DNA from: a virus
Virus genome (UHGV): UHGV-0276200
DNA: 34,282 nt
Direction: 5' to 3' (one strand)
Each line of letters opens with the position of its first letter. Within the stretch, counting starts at the first letter, position 1. The notes under the pieces were generated by a model. That model had not been told where the DNA came from. It made no database searches and was given only the letters and a program-made list of their open reading frames with translations. Both the position numbers and the translations under genes were made by a program. Positions 9,892 through 18,956 of this stretch are shown here, piece by piece.

Positions 9892-9939
9892 AAATGTATT
9901 AGCTTATAATGGAATACTATTTTTGCAGGTGGGGGCGCA

Positions 9940-10551
9940 ATGGATTTAGTCTTTAAAATTCTGGCTTCGTTGGGTGGGGTGTCTTTTGTTGCATCTGGCA
10001 TATTTGTTTGGATCGGGAAAGTTTATTTAGAAAGATATAAGTCGCGGCTAAACAAAGATATTGCTGAATTTCAATCACAACTGAGTGCAACTAATGAAAG
10101 AATAAAGGCTAAGTTAGACAATTCTGTTTATGTAACGAAAGCGTATTTTGATAAGGAGTTATCAGCATATAGTCTCATTTGGAATTCGATGTTTGAAACC
10201 AGAGAAAGCGTGCTTAAGCTGAGGCCTGCGCTGGATCATTTTGACCCCAACGAACCATTTGAAGAGAGAAAATTTAGAAGGTTGAAAGTTTTTTTCGATG
10301 CATTTAATACTTTTGTTACAAGTGTTGAGTCTAACAAACCGTTCATCTCACCAGAGGTTTATATAATCTTGGACCGTTTCCGGAAGGAATGCCTTTCAGA
10401 GTCAATATCGTTTCAGCATGGCGATCCAGAATTTGACTGGCAAAATTATTGGAAAGAGGCAGAGTTGAACCGTACAACCATCACCAAGCTTTTTGATGAG
10501 ACGTGTGATGCAATTCGAGACAGGATGCACACATTAACTGTGGTTACGTAG
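9940..10551 (+). CDS. Hypothetical membrane-anchored cargo protein (N-terminal transmembrane helix)
   Basis: 203 aa; residues about 5-26 are hydrophobic (ILASLGGVSFVASGIFVWIG), followed by a charged, helix-rich soluble region. AT-rich. Confidence 0.55.
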   Translation: MDLVFKILASLGGVSFVASGIFVWIGKVYLERYKSRLNKDIAEFQSQLSATNERIKAKLDNSVYVTKAYFDKELSAYSLIWNSMFETRESVLKLRPALDHFDPNEPFEERKFRRLKVFFDAFNTFVTSVESNKPFISPEVYIILDRFRKECLSESISFQHGDPEFDWQNYWKEAELNRTTITKLFDETCDAIRDRMHTLTVVT

Positions 10552-10642
10552 TTTTCCAAAAAGTCTCGATGCCCGCTTTGGCGATTGTGCATGTCTATGC
10601 CGCATGAATCCGCATGATCGTTTGAGGATCGTTTTAGCTGAG

Positions 10643-10669
10643 GCCCGCTAGGAATGGCGGGCTTTTGCT
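10643..10669 (+). terminator. Rho-independent terminator
   Basis: GCCCGC (10643-48), 8-nt loop, GCGGGC (10657-62), then TTTTGCTT. Confidence 0.5.
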
Positions 10670-10711
10670 TATGTCATGCAGGCGCATGAAAACCACTACA
10701 TAAAGCGGGCA

Positions 10712-10730
10712 GGCGTGGCGGGGATACGAG
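10712..10730. other. Candidate cos site (cohesive-end sequence)
   Basis: ggcgtggcgggga (10712..10724) matches the first 13 nt of the 186/P2-type 19-nt cohesive end as recalled from memory (186 GGCGTGGCGGGGAAAGCAT). Confidence 0.5.
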
Positions 10731-10840
10731 CGCGCGCTCATGGTTGAATTAATGAAATTATGGTGTTAAATAGGCTAGCTTTTTAAGTCGTGAATATTCA
10801 ATTTTTCAACTCATTTTTTTCATAGGGAGGAGTAATTGAC

Positions 10841-11539
10841 ATGGTTATGTTAGTGGATGACTGTCCACGATGTGGATCACAAAAAATAGCGTTTGATGTT
10901 AATGGGCTGAATTGCACTAGGGTTTACAATGCATTGGGCGGGGGTAAAACATACGAGTACGAGGTCTATTGTGTTTGCCGAGAGTGTCATAAAACGACAA
11001 TGTTTCTTTGCAGACCTTTAACGAAAAATAAAACTTTAGATGGCTATAATTGGGAAAGTGGAATATTCGGCTTAAAGGAAGTTGCAGAGGTTGTTAGGCC
11101 TATATCACCGGCAGACTTAGCAGTAGAGGAGCCACCAGAGTTCTTACCTGAGCATATCAATAGTGCATATGAGGAAGGGGCGAAATGTTTGGCTATAGGT
11201 TGTTATAATGCAGCAGCAACCATGTTTAGGCTTTGCCTTGATTATGCCACAAAAGGACTTCTTCCTGATGGGGAGCAAGGGCCTGCGCAAAAAATAAGGA
11301 GAAGCCTAGGGTTAAGAATGGAGTGGTTATTTGATAATCATCTACTGCCTGAAGCTTTAAGGGAACTAGCTGAATGCGTTAAAGATGACGGAAATGATGG
11401 AGCGCATGAAGGTATTTTGGATAAAGCTGCTGCTGAGGATCTTGAAGATTTTACCTATCTTTTTTTAGAACGGCTTTACACTGAACCTCAACGCCTTATC
11501 GAAGCCAAGACAAGGCGTGAACAAAGAAGAAACAAATAA
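10841..11539 (+). CDS. Hypothetical cargo protein: N-terminal zinc ribbon plus C-terminal DUF4145-like domain
   Basis: 232 aa; CPRCGS...CVCRECHK gives four Cys. C-terminal helical region with GNDGAHEG and the following acidic helix resembles the DUF4145 signature as recalled. Strong RBS GGGAGGAG. About 42% GC. Lies between cos and the Q stop. Confidence 0.6.
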   Translation: MVMLVDDCPRCGSQKIAFDVNGLNCTRVYNALGGGKTYEYEVYCVCRECHKTTMFLCRPLTKNKTLDGYNWESGIFGLKEVAEVVRPISPADLAVEEPPEFLPEHINSAYEEGAKCLAIGCYNAAATMFRLCLDYATKGLLPDGEQGPAQKIRRSLGLRMEWLFDNHLLPEALRELAECVKDDGNDGAHEGILDKAAAEDLEDFTYLFLERLYTEPQRLIEAKTRREQRRNK

Positions 11540-11547
11540 GTTCGGAA

Positions 11548-12585
11548 TTATTCTTCTGAAAGAATATAGGGCGTAAATTTAATCACTTCTTCGCCCAGCC
11601 AGTCGTTCAGCTCTTGTAGCCTTTTTTGCAAGGGCGTTAATTCATTACGTACAAATACGCGACTAGCCTTCTCCACATCCCCAAACCCTCCAACATTATT
11701 AGGCATAATCCCCATCATTTGCGGCGGCACGCGGTGCGCAGCCATCATGTCGTCGCGGCTGACATTTTTGATATTCAAAAACTCATCCTTCGCCGCGACT
11801 TCTGACAATGGGATGATCTGAAGCCCGTCTTTTTTGCCGTTAGGCGAGTACATAAACAGGTTGCGGAAGTTGCCTGGACCTTTGGCGCTTTTCATCGCAT
11901 TGCGGAGGTTGTTCACATCCTCCTGGTTTTGCGCGGCATCGGTCATGTACATGATAAAGCCCGCATGACTGCCGTTAATGTAATACTTGCGACGGAACAG
12001 CGTGGCGGACTCGTTGAGCAGGGCTGACGGAATGGCAGAAAGATAACCGGGCAGGCCGTAGATCTCCTGATTAATATCCGGTTCCATCAGATGAAAAATG
12101 CTGCCTTTCGTGAACTGATACGGCTGGGTTGTCATACCGTATTGCACAAACCAGTAGGTATCCAGGTCTAACCCGCGTCGGGTGTATTTTGCCAGTGCAG
12201 GCTCAAGGGCGATAACTTCACCGAAGCGGTTCGTGCGTTTCTCCAGGTAGGCGTTACCAAAAACCAGATAGTCCTGCACAAAACGCGAAAAAGCCTGCTG
12301 GCTGAGCAGCGGGTGAGGGATGTAGGTGCTGGTCAGAATGTTGCACTTTACTGCAATCGGGGAACTATGATGCACGGCAGCGCGGAAGGTGCGCGCCAGT
12401 CCGTCAAAGCTGACGGGCGGCTCATACCAGCGGTCCATCTGTACGCATTCCACATAATCCAGCAGTTCTCGGCGGTCCAGAACAGGAACGGGATCGCCGA
12501 AGCTGAATGCTTCGGCTGTAGTTTGACTTTTAAGCTGGATCTGTTTCGTCGCCGCAGCGCGGTTCTTCTTACTCTTTCCCATCAA
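11548..12585 (-). CDS. Q: Portal protein (P2 gpQ family)
   Basis: 345 aa (P2 Q is about 344), directly downstream of and overlapping the terminase gene. Confidence 0.85.
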   Translation of the reverse strand: MMGKSKKNRAAATKQIQLKSQTTAEAFSFGDPVPVLDRRELLDYVECVQMDRWYEPPVSFDGLARTFRAAVHHSSPIAVKCNILTSTYIPHPLLSQQAFSRFVQDYLVFGNAYLEKRTNRFGEVIALEPALAKYTRRGLDLDTYWFVQYGMTTQPYQFTKGSIFHLMEPDINQEIYGLPGYLSAIPSALLNESATLFRRKYYINGSHAGFIMYMTDAAQNQEDVNNLRNAMKSAKGPGNFRNLFMYSPNGKKDGLQIIPLSEVAAKDEFLNIKNVSRDDMMAAHRVPPQMMGIMPNNVGGFGDVEKASRVFVRNELTPLQKRLQELNDWLGEEVIKFTPYILSEE

Positions 12586-14348
12586 AAAATCTCCACAATA
12601 TTGCTGGTATTGGCGGATTCGCCCTGCAGCGGTTCGTTAAACAGTGCGTGCATCGTTGCCCAGGCCAGATCGGCGTGGCTGGCTTCTTCGCTGCGGCTGG
12701 CTTCATAGGTCGGGCGGTTGCCACTGGCGGTGGTGGCGCGACGGATTGCCATAAAGGACTGCGCTATGTCGGTGTGTCCGGCGTCAAACTCCAGACGGCG
12801 GTGGCTGATAATGTCGTAGGCCTTGAGTACCAGGGCGTTTTTAACGTTGGGGTTGTAGACAAACTCCCGGACGGCAGGAAAAAACGCTTTCACGTTCTCG
12901 TAAACCCCGTGACCAACGCCGGTTGAGTCGATACCGATATAGGTCACGTTGTACTGTTCGGTCAGTTTTTTGATGGCGTCAGCCTGGGCGCGGAAGTCCA
13001 TTCCGCGCCACTGGTGACGCTCAAGAATGCGGAACTTACCGCCCGGCACGGCTGGCGGCGCCACCACCACGCATCCGGCGCTGTCGCCGTTCTGCGTACC
13101 TTTCGCCGGGTCATATCCGATCCACACTTCGCGCCAGCCAAACGGGCGCAGGGCCAGTGCATGAAAGTCGGTCCAGACTTCCCAACTGTCCACCATGCAC
13201 GCCTGCAGCTCGCTGAGCGGGAACACGGACGCGAGATCGTCCACGAACTCGCACATCAGCAGGTTCTGGTATTCGTCCGGGCTGTACTCCATGCGCAACT
13301 GGTCAAGGTCGAACAGGTTACAGCCGCCGCGCACCGCATCTTCCACGGTGACTATCTGGCGGTACTGCCCGTCTGCGCACAGCAGGCCGGGGGCCAGATT
13401 GCTGTGGGACAGGTCGATGTCCACCTTATCGGCTTTGTTGCGCCCTCGGTTGAACAGCGCACCGGACCAGAACGGATAAGCACTGTGTGTCAGGCTGGAT
13501 GGCGTGGAAAAATAGGTTTGTCGCCATTTTTTGTGAATAGCCATACCGGAAGCCACTTTGCGCAGCTCCTGGAATTTCGGTATCCAGAAATATTCATCCA
13601 GATACAGGTTGCCGTGGTAACTCTGGGCCGTGCGGGCATTGGTGCCGAGGAAGTAAAGCGTGGCCCCGTTAGGAAGCACCATCGGATCGCCTTTCAGTTC
13701 CACATCCACTTCTTTGGCGAAGTCGATGATGTACTGCTTAAAGACGTGGGCCTGTGCCTTACTGGCGGAAAGGAAAATCTGGTTACGTCCGGTCAGCAGG
13801 GCGTCAATCAGGGCTTCACGGGCAAAGTAAAAGGTCGCGCCGATCTGGCGAGACTTCAGCAGGTTGCGGATGCGATTGGTTTTTCCGGCTTCCCACCAGT
13901 GGCGCTGGTAGTTGAACATGGAGGAATGGAAGATTTCTTCCAGCTTCTCAATCTGTTCATCGGTGAAAACATTCTTTTCCGGCTGACGGCGCGGCCCTTT
14001 GTTGCGGTTGGCGACGTTAGGGTTTAAGTCGGCTTCGTTGCCGCCATTGTTAAACTTGCCGATCCGCGCGTGGCGCTCCGACTGGCGCGCCAGCAGGTCA
14101 ATTTCTTTGAAATCTTTCCCTTCTTTGTGCTCCTTCATAATGAGCTGGCAGTAGCGGGCGGCGGTGGTGAGCTGCATCTGATCCAGCGGCCCATAGTCAC
14201 CCCACTTGTCGCGTTTTTTCCAGCTGTGAACGGTTGCAACTTTCTCGCCCAGCATTTCAGCAATGCGGGCTACGCGGTATCCCTGAAAGTACAGCAGCAT
14301 GGCCTGCCGACGGGGATCGAGATCTGCGGGTGTCAGTGTGGTGTTCAT
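12582..14348 (-). CDS. P: Terminase large (ATPase) subunit (P2 gpP family)
   Basis: 588 aa; divergent from O across a late-promoter region, as in P2. Confidence 0.9.
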   Translation of the reverse strand: MNTTLTPADLDPRRQAMLLYFQGYRVARIAEMLGEKVATVHSWKKRDKWGDYGPLDQMQLTTAARYCQLIMKEHKEGKDFKEIDLLARQSERHARIGKFNNGGNEADLNPNVANRNKGPRRQPEKNVFTDEQIEKLEEIFHSSMFNYQRHWWEAGKTNRIRNLLKSRQIGATFYFAREALIDALLTGRNQIFLSASKAQAHVFKQYIIDFAKEVDVELKGDPMVLPNGATLYFLGTNARTAQSYHGNLYLDEYFWIPKFQELRKVASGMAIHKKWRQTYFSTPSSLTHSAYPFWSGALFNRGRNKADKVDIDLSHSNLAPGLLCADGQYRQIVTVEDAVRGGCNLFDLDQLRMEYSPDEYQNLLMCEFVDDLASVFPLSELQACMVDSWEVWTDFHALALRPFGWREVWIGYDPAKGTQNGDSAGCVVVAPPAVPGGKFRILERHQWRGMDFRAQADAIKKLTEQYNVTYIGIDSTGVGHGVYENVKAFFPAVREFVYNPNVKNALVLKAYDIISHRRLEFDAGHTDIAQSFMAIRRATTASGNRPTYEASRSEEASHADLAWATMHALFNEPLQGESANTSNIVEIF

Positions 14349-14394
14349 GGCACAAACCTACAGCCTTGAATGAAGGCTTTCCCCGCCTGCGGTT

Positions 14395-14412
14395 TGTGTG
14401 GTTGTCGGTACA
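14395..14412. promoter_or_regulatory. Ogr-type late promoter activator site (TGT-N12-ACA) between divergent P and O
   Basis: tgtgtggttgtcggtaca is TGT, 12 nt, ACA, lying in the P/O intergenic region. Confidence 0.5.
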
Positions 14413-14490
14413 AATACCGCGCATTGTTTCACTGCCCCCATCACCGCAACCATAAGGCTCCAGTAAGTTTTTTCTAACGGAGCACGGCTC

Positions 14491-15324
14491 ATGACAGTGA
14501 AAGCAAAGCGTTTTCGCATCGGGGTGGAAGGTGCCACTACCGACGGACGCGAAATCCAGCGTGAATGGCTGGAACAGATGGCAGCCAGCTACAACCCGGC
14601 GGTGTATACCGCGCTGATTAACCTTGAGCACATTAAGTCTTATCTGCCGGACAGCACGTTTAACCGCTACGGCAAGGTGACGGCGCTGTTTGCTGAAGAA
14701 ATCGCGGAAGGTCCGCTGGCAGGCAAGATGGCACTGTATGCCGACGTTGAGCCAACGGAGTCCCTGGTGGAACTGGTGAAAAAAGGCCAGAAATTATTCA
14801 CCTCTATGGAAGTCAGCCCGAAGTTTGCTGATACGGGCAAAGCCTACCTGGTCGGCCTGGCTGCCACTGATGATCCCGCCAGTCTGGGTACGGAAATGCT
14901 GACATTCAGCGCCAGTGCAGCCCATAACCCGCTGGCAAACCGCAAGCAGAATCCTGCCAATCTTTTTACCGCTGCAGAGGAAACGGTGATCGAACTGGAA
15001 GAAATCCAGGAGGACAAGCCGTCCCTGTTTGCCCGCGTCACGGCGCTGTTTACCAAAAAAGAGCAGTCCGATGACGTCCGGTTCTCTGATGTGCATAAGG
15101 CCGTGGAACTGGTCGCCACTGAGCAGCAGAACCTGAGCACGCGCACCGAAAAATCCCTGTCTGAGCAGGAAGAACGCCTGTCTGAGCTGGAGACTGCTCT
15201 GCAGGAGCAGCAAACCGCCTTTAACGAACTGGTGGATAAGCTGAGTCATGAAGACAGCCGCCAGGACTACCGCCAGCGTGCAACAGGCGGCAACGCCCCC
15301 GCTGACACTCTGACCAATTGCTGA
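14491..15324 (+). CDS. O: Capsid scaffolding protein (P2 gpO family)
   Basis: 277 aa in the O position, with an acidic coiled-coil C-terminal half; GGAG RBS. Confidence 0.8.
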   Translation: MTVKAKRFRIGVEGATTDGREIQREWLEQMAASYNPAVYTALINLEHIKSYLPDSTFNRYGKVTALFAEEIAEGPLAGKMALYADVEPTESLVELVKKGQKLFTSMEVSPKFADTGKAYLVGLAATDDPASLGTEMLTFSASAAHNPLANRKQNPANLFTAAEETVIELEEIQEDKPSLFARVTALFTKKEQSDDVRFSDVHKAVELVATEQQNLSTRTEKSLSEQEERLSELETALQEQQTAFNELVDKLSHEDSRQDYRQRATGGNAPADTLTNC

Positions 15325-15340
15325 TGGAGCATAAAACCCA

Positions 15341-16399
15341 ATGAAGAAGAATACCCGTTTTGCTTTTAACGCTTACCTGCAGCAACTGGCGCGTCTGAAC
15401 GGTGTGGCAGTTGAGGAACTGTCCAGCAAGTTCACCGTAGAGCCGTCTGTGCAGCAGACGCTGGAAGACCAGATCCAGCAGTCCGCCGCTTTCCTGACGC
15501 TGATTAACGTCACGCCAGTGACTGAGCAGTCCGGTCAGCTGCTTGGATTGGGTGTTGGCAGCACCATTGCCGGAACCACTGACACCACCGCGAAAGAGCG
15601 TGAACCTGTCGATCCGACGCTGATGATCGATGTGGAATACAAATGCGAACAGACCAACTTTGACACGGTGCTGACCTACGCGAAGCTGGACCTGTGGGCG
15701 AAGTTTCAGGATTTCCAGGTGCGTATCCGTGACGCCATCGTGAAACGCCAGGCACTGGACCGCATCATGATCGGCTTTAACGGCGTGAAGCGTGCGAAAA
15801 CCTCCAACCGTAGCGAAAACCCGCTGCTGCAGGATGTGAACAAAGGCTGGCTGCAGAAAATCCGTGAGGATGCACCGGATCACGTCATGGGCAGCACCAC
15901 CACGGGCGGTGAAACCACACCGGGTGCGGTGAAAGTCGGGAAAGGTGGCGAATATGCCAACCTGGACGCCGTGGTGATGGATGCGGTCAATGAGCTTATC
16001 GACGTGGTCTACCAGGACGATGACGATCTGGTGGTGATTTGCGGTCGTGAGCTGCTGTCTGACAAGTATTTCCCGCTGGTCAACAAAGAGCAGGAAAACA
16101 GTGAAAAACTGGCTGCCGATATGATCATCAGTCAGAAACGCATGGGTGGCCTGCAGGCCGTGCGTGCGCCGTTCTTCCCGCCGAATGCGCTGCTGATCAC
16201 CCGTCTGGATAACCTGTCCATTTACTGGCAGGAAGACACCCGCCGCCGTTCGGTTATCGACAACCCGAAACGTGACCGGATTGAAAATTTTGAATCCGTT
16301 AACGAAGCCTATGTGGTTGAGGACTACCGCTGCGCCGCACTGGTGGAAAACATCCAGATTGGCGACTTCAGCGCCGCCGCAGCAGAAACCGGAGCGTAA
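15341..16399 (+). CDS. N: Major capsid protein (P2 gpN family)
   Basis: 352 aa (P2 N is about 357); N-terminus MKKNTRFAFNAYLQQLARLNGV is typical of the family. Confidence 0.9.
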   Translation: MKKNTRFAFNAYLQQLARLNGVAVEELSSKFTVEPSVQQTLEDQIQQSAAFLTLINVTPVTEQSGQLLGLGVGSTIAGTTDTTAKEREPVDPTLMIDVEYKCEQTNFDTVLTYAKLDLWAKFQDFQVRIRDAIVKRQALDRIMIGFNGVKRAKTSNRSENPLLQDVNKGWLQKIREDAPDHVMGSTTTGGETTPGAVKVGKGGEYANLDAVVMDAVNELIDVVYQDDDDLVVICGRELLSDKYFPLVNKEQENSEKLAADMIISQKRMGGLQAVRAPFFPPNALLITRLDNLSIYWQEDTRRRSVIDNPKRDRIENFESVNEAYVVEDYRCAALVENIQIGDFSAAAAETGA

Positions 16400-16402
16400 A
16401 CC

Positions 16403-17053
16403 ATGAGCCTGAGTCCCGCACGGCAGCATCGCCTGCGCGTTCAGGCTGAACAGGCCGCCCGCGAGGGCGGCAGCGTTCGCCACGCGTCGGGCTATGACCT
16501 GATGCTGCTGCAACTGGCAGAAGACCGCCGCCGTCTCAAGGGCGTTCAGTCCACGGTCAAAAAAGCGGAAATCAAGGTGGAGCTGCTGCCGAAATACGCC
16601 GCCTGGGCGGAGGGTGTCCTGGCTGCCGGAGGCGCTCAACAGGATGACGTGCTGATGTACGTGATGCTGTGGCGCATTGATGCCGGAGATTATGTCGGAG
16701 CGCTGGAGATCGGGCGTCATGCCCTGCGTCATGGCTGGGTGATGCCGCTGGGTAACCGCAACGTGCAGACCGTGCTGGCAGAGGAAATGGCAGACGCAGC
16801 GCAGAGCGCAATGCTTGCCACTACCGGCTTTGATGTCGATCTGCTGCTGCAGACGCTGGAGCTGACAGACGGTCTGGATATGCCGGACCAGTCACGGGCG
16901 CGTCTGCATAAAGCGATTGGCGCTGTCCTGAGTGAAAGTAATCCGGCTTCCGCCCTTAATCATCTCAACCATGCGTTACAGCTCGATCCCCGCTGTGGCG
17001 TGAAAAAAGACAAACAGCAGCTGGAGCGCAGACTGCGCAATGACAGCCGCTGA
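16403..17053 (+). CDS. M: Terminase small (endonuclease) subunit (P2 gpM family)
   Basis: 216 aa in the M position after N. Confidence 0.8.
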   Translation: MSLSPARQHRLRVQAEQAAREGGSVRHASGYDLMLLQLAEDRRRLKGVQSTVKKAEIKVELLPKYAAWAEGVLAAGGAQQDDVLMYVMLWRIDAGDYVGALEIGRHALRHGWVMPLGNRNVQTVLAEEMADAAQSAMLATTGFDVDLLLQTLELTDGLDMPDQSRARLHKAIGAVLSESNPASALNHLNHALQLDPRCGVKKDKQQLERRLRNDSR

Positions 17054-17148
17054 CAGAACGTGCCCCCGCGCACGGGCGGCACGGGGTGGCGAAAGGCACT
17101 GCCACATCAAAACCCCGTCCACCGCCCTTTATTTCAGGAGAAAGCAGC

Positions 17149-17613
17149 ATGAAGTTTGTTGCGCCAGAACAGGCACCGGAACAGGCGGAAATCATCAGAA
17201 ATACGCCGTTCTGGCCTGATGTGGACCTGTCGGAGTTTCGCAGTGTCATGCGCACTGACGGCACGGTGACGCAGCCGCGTTTAAAGCAGGTTGCGCTGTC
17301 GGCAATTTCGGAGGTCAACGCAGAGCTGTATGAGTTTCGCAGACGCCAGCAGATGCTGGGGTATGCCTCGCTGGCAGAAGTCCCGGCGGAACAACTGGAC
17401 GGCAAAAGCGAGCGCATTCAGCACTATTTCAACGCGGTTTACTGCTGGGCACGCGCCATGCTCAACGAACGTTACCAGGACTATGACGCCACGGCATCCG
17501 GTGCGAAGCGAGGCGAGGAACTGGCGGAAGCAAGCGGTGATTTATGGCGTGACGCCCGCTGGGCCATCAGCCGGGTGCAGGATGCGCCGCACTGCACAGT
17601 GGAGCTTATCTGA
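17149..17613 (+). CDS. L: Head completion/stabilisation protein (P2 gpL family)
   Basis: ATG at 17149 preceded by AGGAGA; its stop overlaps the X start (TGATG). Confidence 0.75.
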   Translation: MKFVAPEQAPEQAEIIRNTPFWPDVDLSEFRSVMRTDGTVTQPRLKQVALSAISEVNAELYEFRRRQQMLGYASLAEVPAEQLDGKSERIQHYFNAVYCWARAMLNERYQDYDATASGAKRGEELAEASGDLWRDARWAISRVQDAPHCTVELI

Positions 17614-17816
17614 TGAAAGTGCGTGCGCATCAGTATGACACGGTGGACGCACTTTGCTGGCGTCATTACGGGCGCACGCAGGGTGTCACGGAGCAGGTAC
17701 TGAAGGCAAATCCGGGGCTTGCCGAATACGGCCCCTTTTTACCTCACGGGCTGCAGGTGGAGCTGCCGGACATTCCGACAACCACCACCGTGCAGACCGT
17801 CCAGCTATGGGACTGA
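17613..17816 (+). CDS. X: Tail protein X
   Basis: 67 aa, the same length as P2 X, with a LysM-like sequence. Confidence 0.75.
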   Translation: MKVRAHQYDTVDALCWRHYGRTQGVTEQVLKANPGLAEYGPFLPHGLQVELPDIPTTTTVQTVQLWD

Positions 17817-17819
17817 ATT

Positions 17820-18035
17820 ATGACGCTTGAGCGAATCAGCGCCTTTATCACGTATTGCATCGCCGTCGTGCTGGCCTGGCTGGGCGATTTGTCCATCAAG
17901 GATGCCTCAACGCTGGGCGGCCTGATGATTGGTGTGCTGATGCTGGCTATCAACTGGTACTACAAACACAAAGCCTACCAGCTTCTGCGCGACGGGCAGA
18001 TTTCGCGGGAGGACTATGAATCCATCAATCGTTAA
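17820..18035 (+). CDS. Y: Putative holin (two predicted transmembrane segments)
   Basis: 71 aa with two hydrophobic segments and a charged C-terminus, immediately upstream of the endolysin. Confidence 0.6.
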   Translation: MTLERISAFITYCIAVVLAWLGDLSIKDASTLGGLMIGVLMLAINWYYKHKAYQLLRDGQISREDYESINR

Positions 18036-18531
18036 ACGCTGCCTTGTCGGGGCCGTGCTGGCTATTGCTGCCACGCTGCCGGGGTTTCAGCAGCTTCACA
18101 CCTCCGTGGAGGGGCTGAAACTGATTGCCGATTACGAAGGTTGTCGTCTGCAGCCGTATCAGTGCAGCGCGGGTGTCTGGACCGACGGCATTGGAAATAC
18201 GTCGGGCGTCATTCCCGGCAAAACAATCACGGAACGACAGGCAGCAGAAGGGCTTATTTCCAACGTGCTGCGTGTGGAGCGGGCGCTGGAAAGGTGTGTG
18301 AAGCAACAGCCGCCGCAGAAGGTATATGACGCTACGGTGTCGTTTGCCTTCAACGTGGGAACGGGCAATGCCTGCAGTTCTACGCTGGTGAAATTGCTCA
18401 ATCAGCGGCGCTGGGCAGAAGCGTGCCGACAGTTGCCGCGCTGGGTTTATGTGAAAGGTGTGTTTAATCAGGGGCTGGATAACCGCCGTGCGCGGGAGAT
18501 GGCCTGGTGCCTTAAAGGAGCTGGATTATGA
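18016..18531 (+). CDS. K: Endolysin, T4-lysozyme-like, with hydrophobic N-terminal (SAR-like) segment
   Basis: 171 aa. ADYEGCRLQPYQCSAGVWTDGIGNT matches the lysozyme E/D/T catalytic region; N-terminal LVGAVLAIAATLPGF is hydrophobic. Confidence 0.85.
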   Translation: MNPSIVKRCLVGAVLAIAATLPGFQQLHTSVEGLKLIADYEGCRLQPYQCSAGVWTDGIGNTSGVIPGKTITERQAAEGLISNVLRVERALERCVKQQPPQKVYDATVSFAFNVGTGNACSSTLVKLLNQRRWAEACRQLPRWVYVKGVFNQGLDNRRAREMAWCLKGAGL

Positions 18532-18956
18532 CGCGTGCGCTGGCGGTAGTGGCGGCGCTGGCACTCGTTGCGCTGGGCTGGCAGTCGTGGCGGCTTAACA
18601 GCGCCAGCCACACCATCGAAACGCAGCGCGCGGCGCTGAAAAGTAAAGCGCACGAACTGACGAAGAAAAATAGCCAGCTGATCAGTCTGTCCATTCTGGC
18701 TGAAACCAATAACCGGGAGCAGGCGCGGCTCTATGCCGAAGCAGAACAGACCAGCGCGCTGCTGAGACAACGACAACACCGGATCGAGGAACTGAAACGT
18801 GAGAACGAGGATTTACGCCGCTGGGCTGATACTCCTTTGCCTGCTGACATTATCCGGCTGCGGGAACGTCCGGCACTCACCGGAGGTGCAGCTTACCGTC
18901 AGTGGTTGTCCGCGAGTGACGCCGTGTCGGCTGGAGCAGGCAGCGCCGCGCACTAA
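18528..18956 (+). CDS. lysB: Inner-membrane spanin (LysB/Rz-like)
   Basis: 142 aa with N-terminal transmembrane helix and coiled-coil periplasmic region. Confidence 0.65.
   Translation: MTRALAVVAALALVALGWQSWRLNSASHTIETQRAALKSKAHELTKKNSQLISLSILAETNNREQARLYAEAEQTSALLRQRQHRIEELKRENEDLRRWADTPLPADIIRLRERPALTGGAAYRQWLSASDAVSAGAGSAAH

Noticed and set aside
13014-14027. 337-aa ORF on the plus strand inside the terminase gene P
   Set aside because: Antisense to a confidently assigned gene; His/Val/Ala-rich junk-like translation.
15221-16732. 503-aa ORF on the minus strand
   Set aside because: It is antisense to the O/N/M capsid genes; long stop-free antisense frames are expected in GC-rich coding DNA, and it has no RBS and a low-complexity composition.
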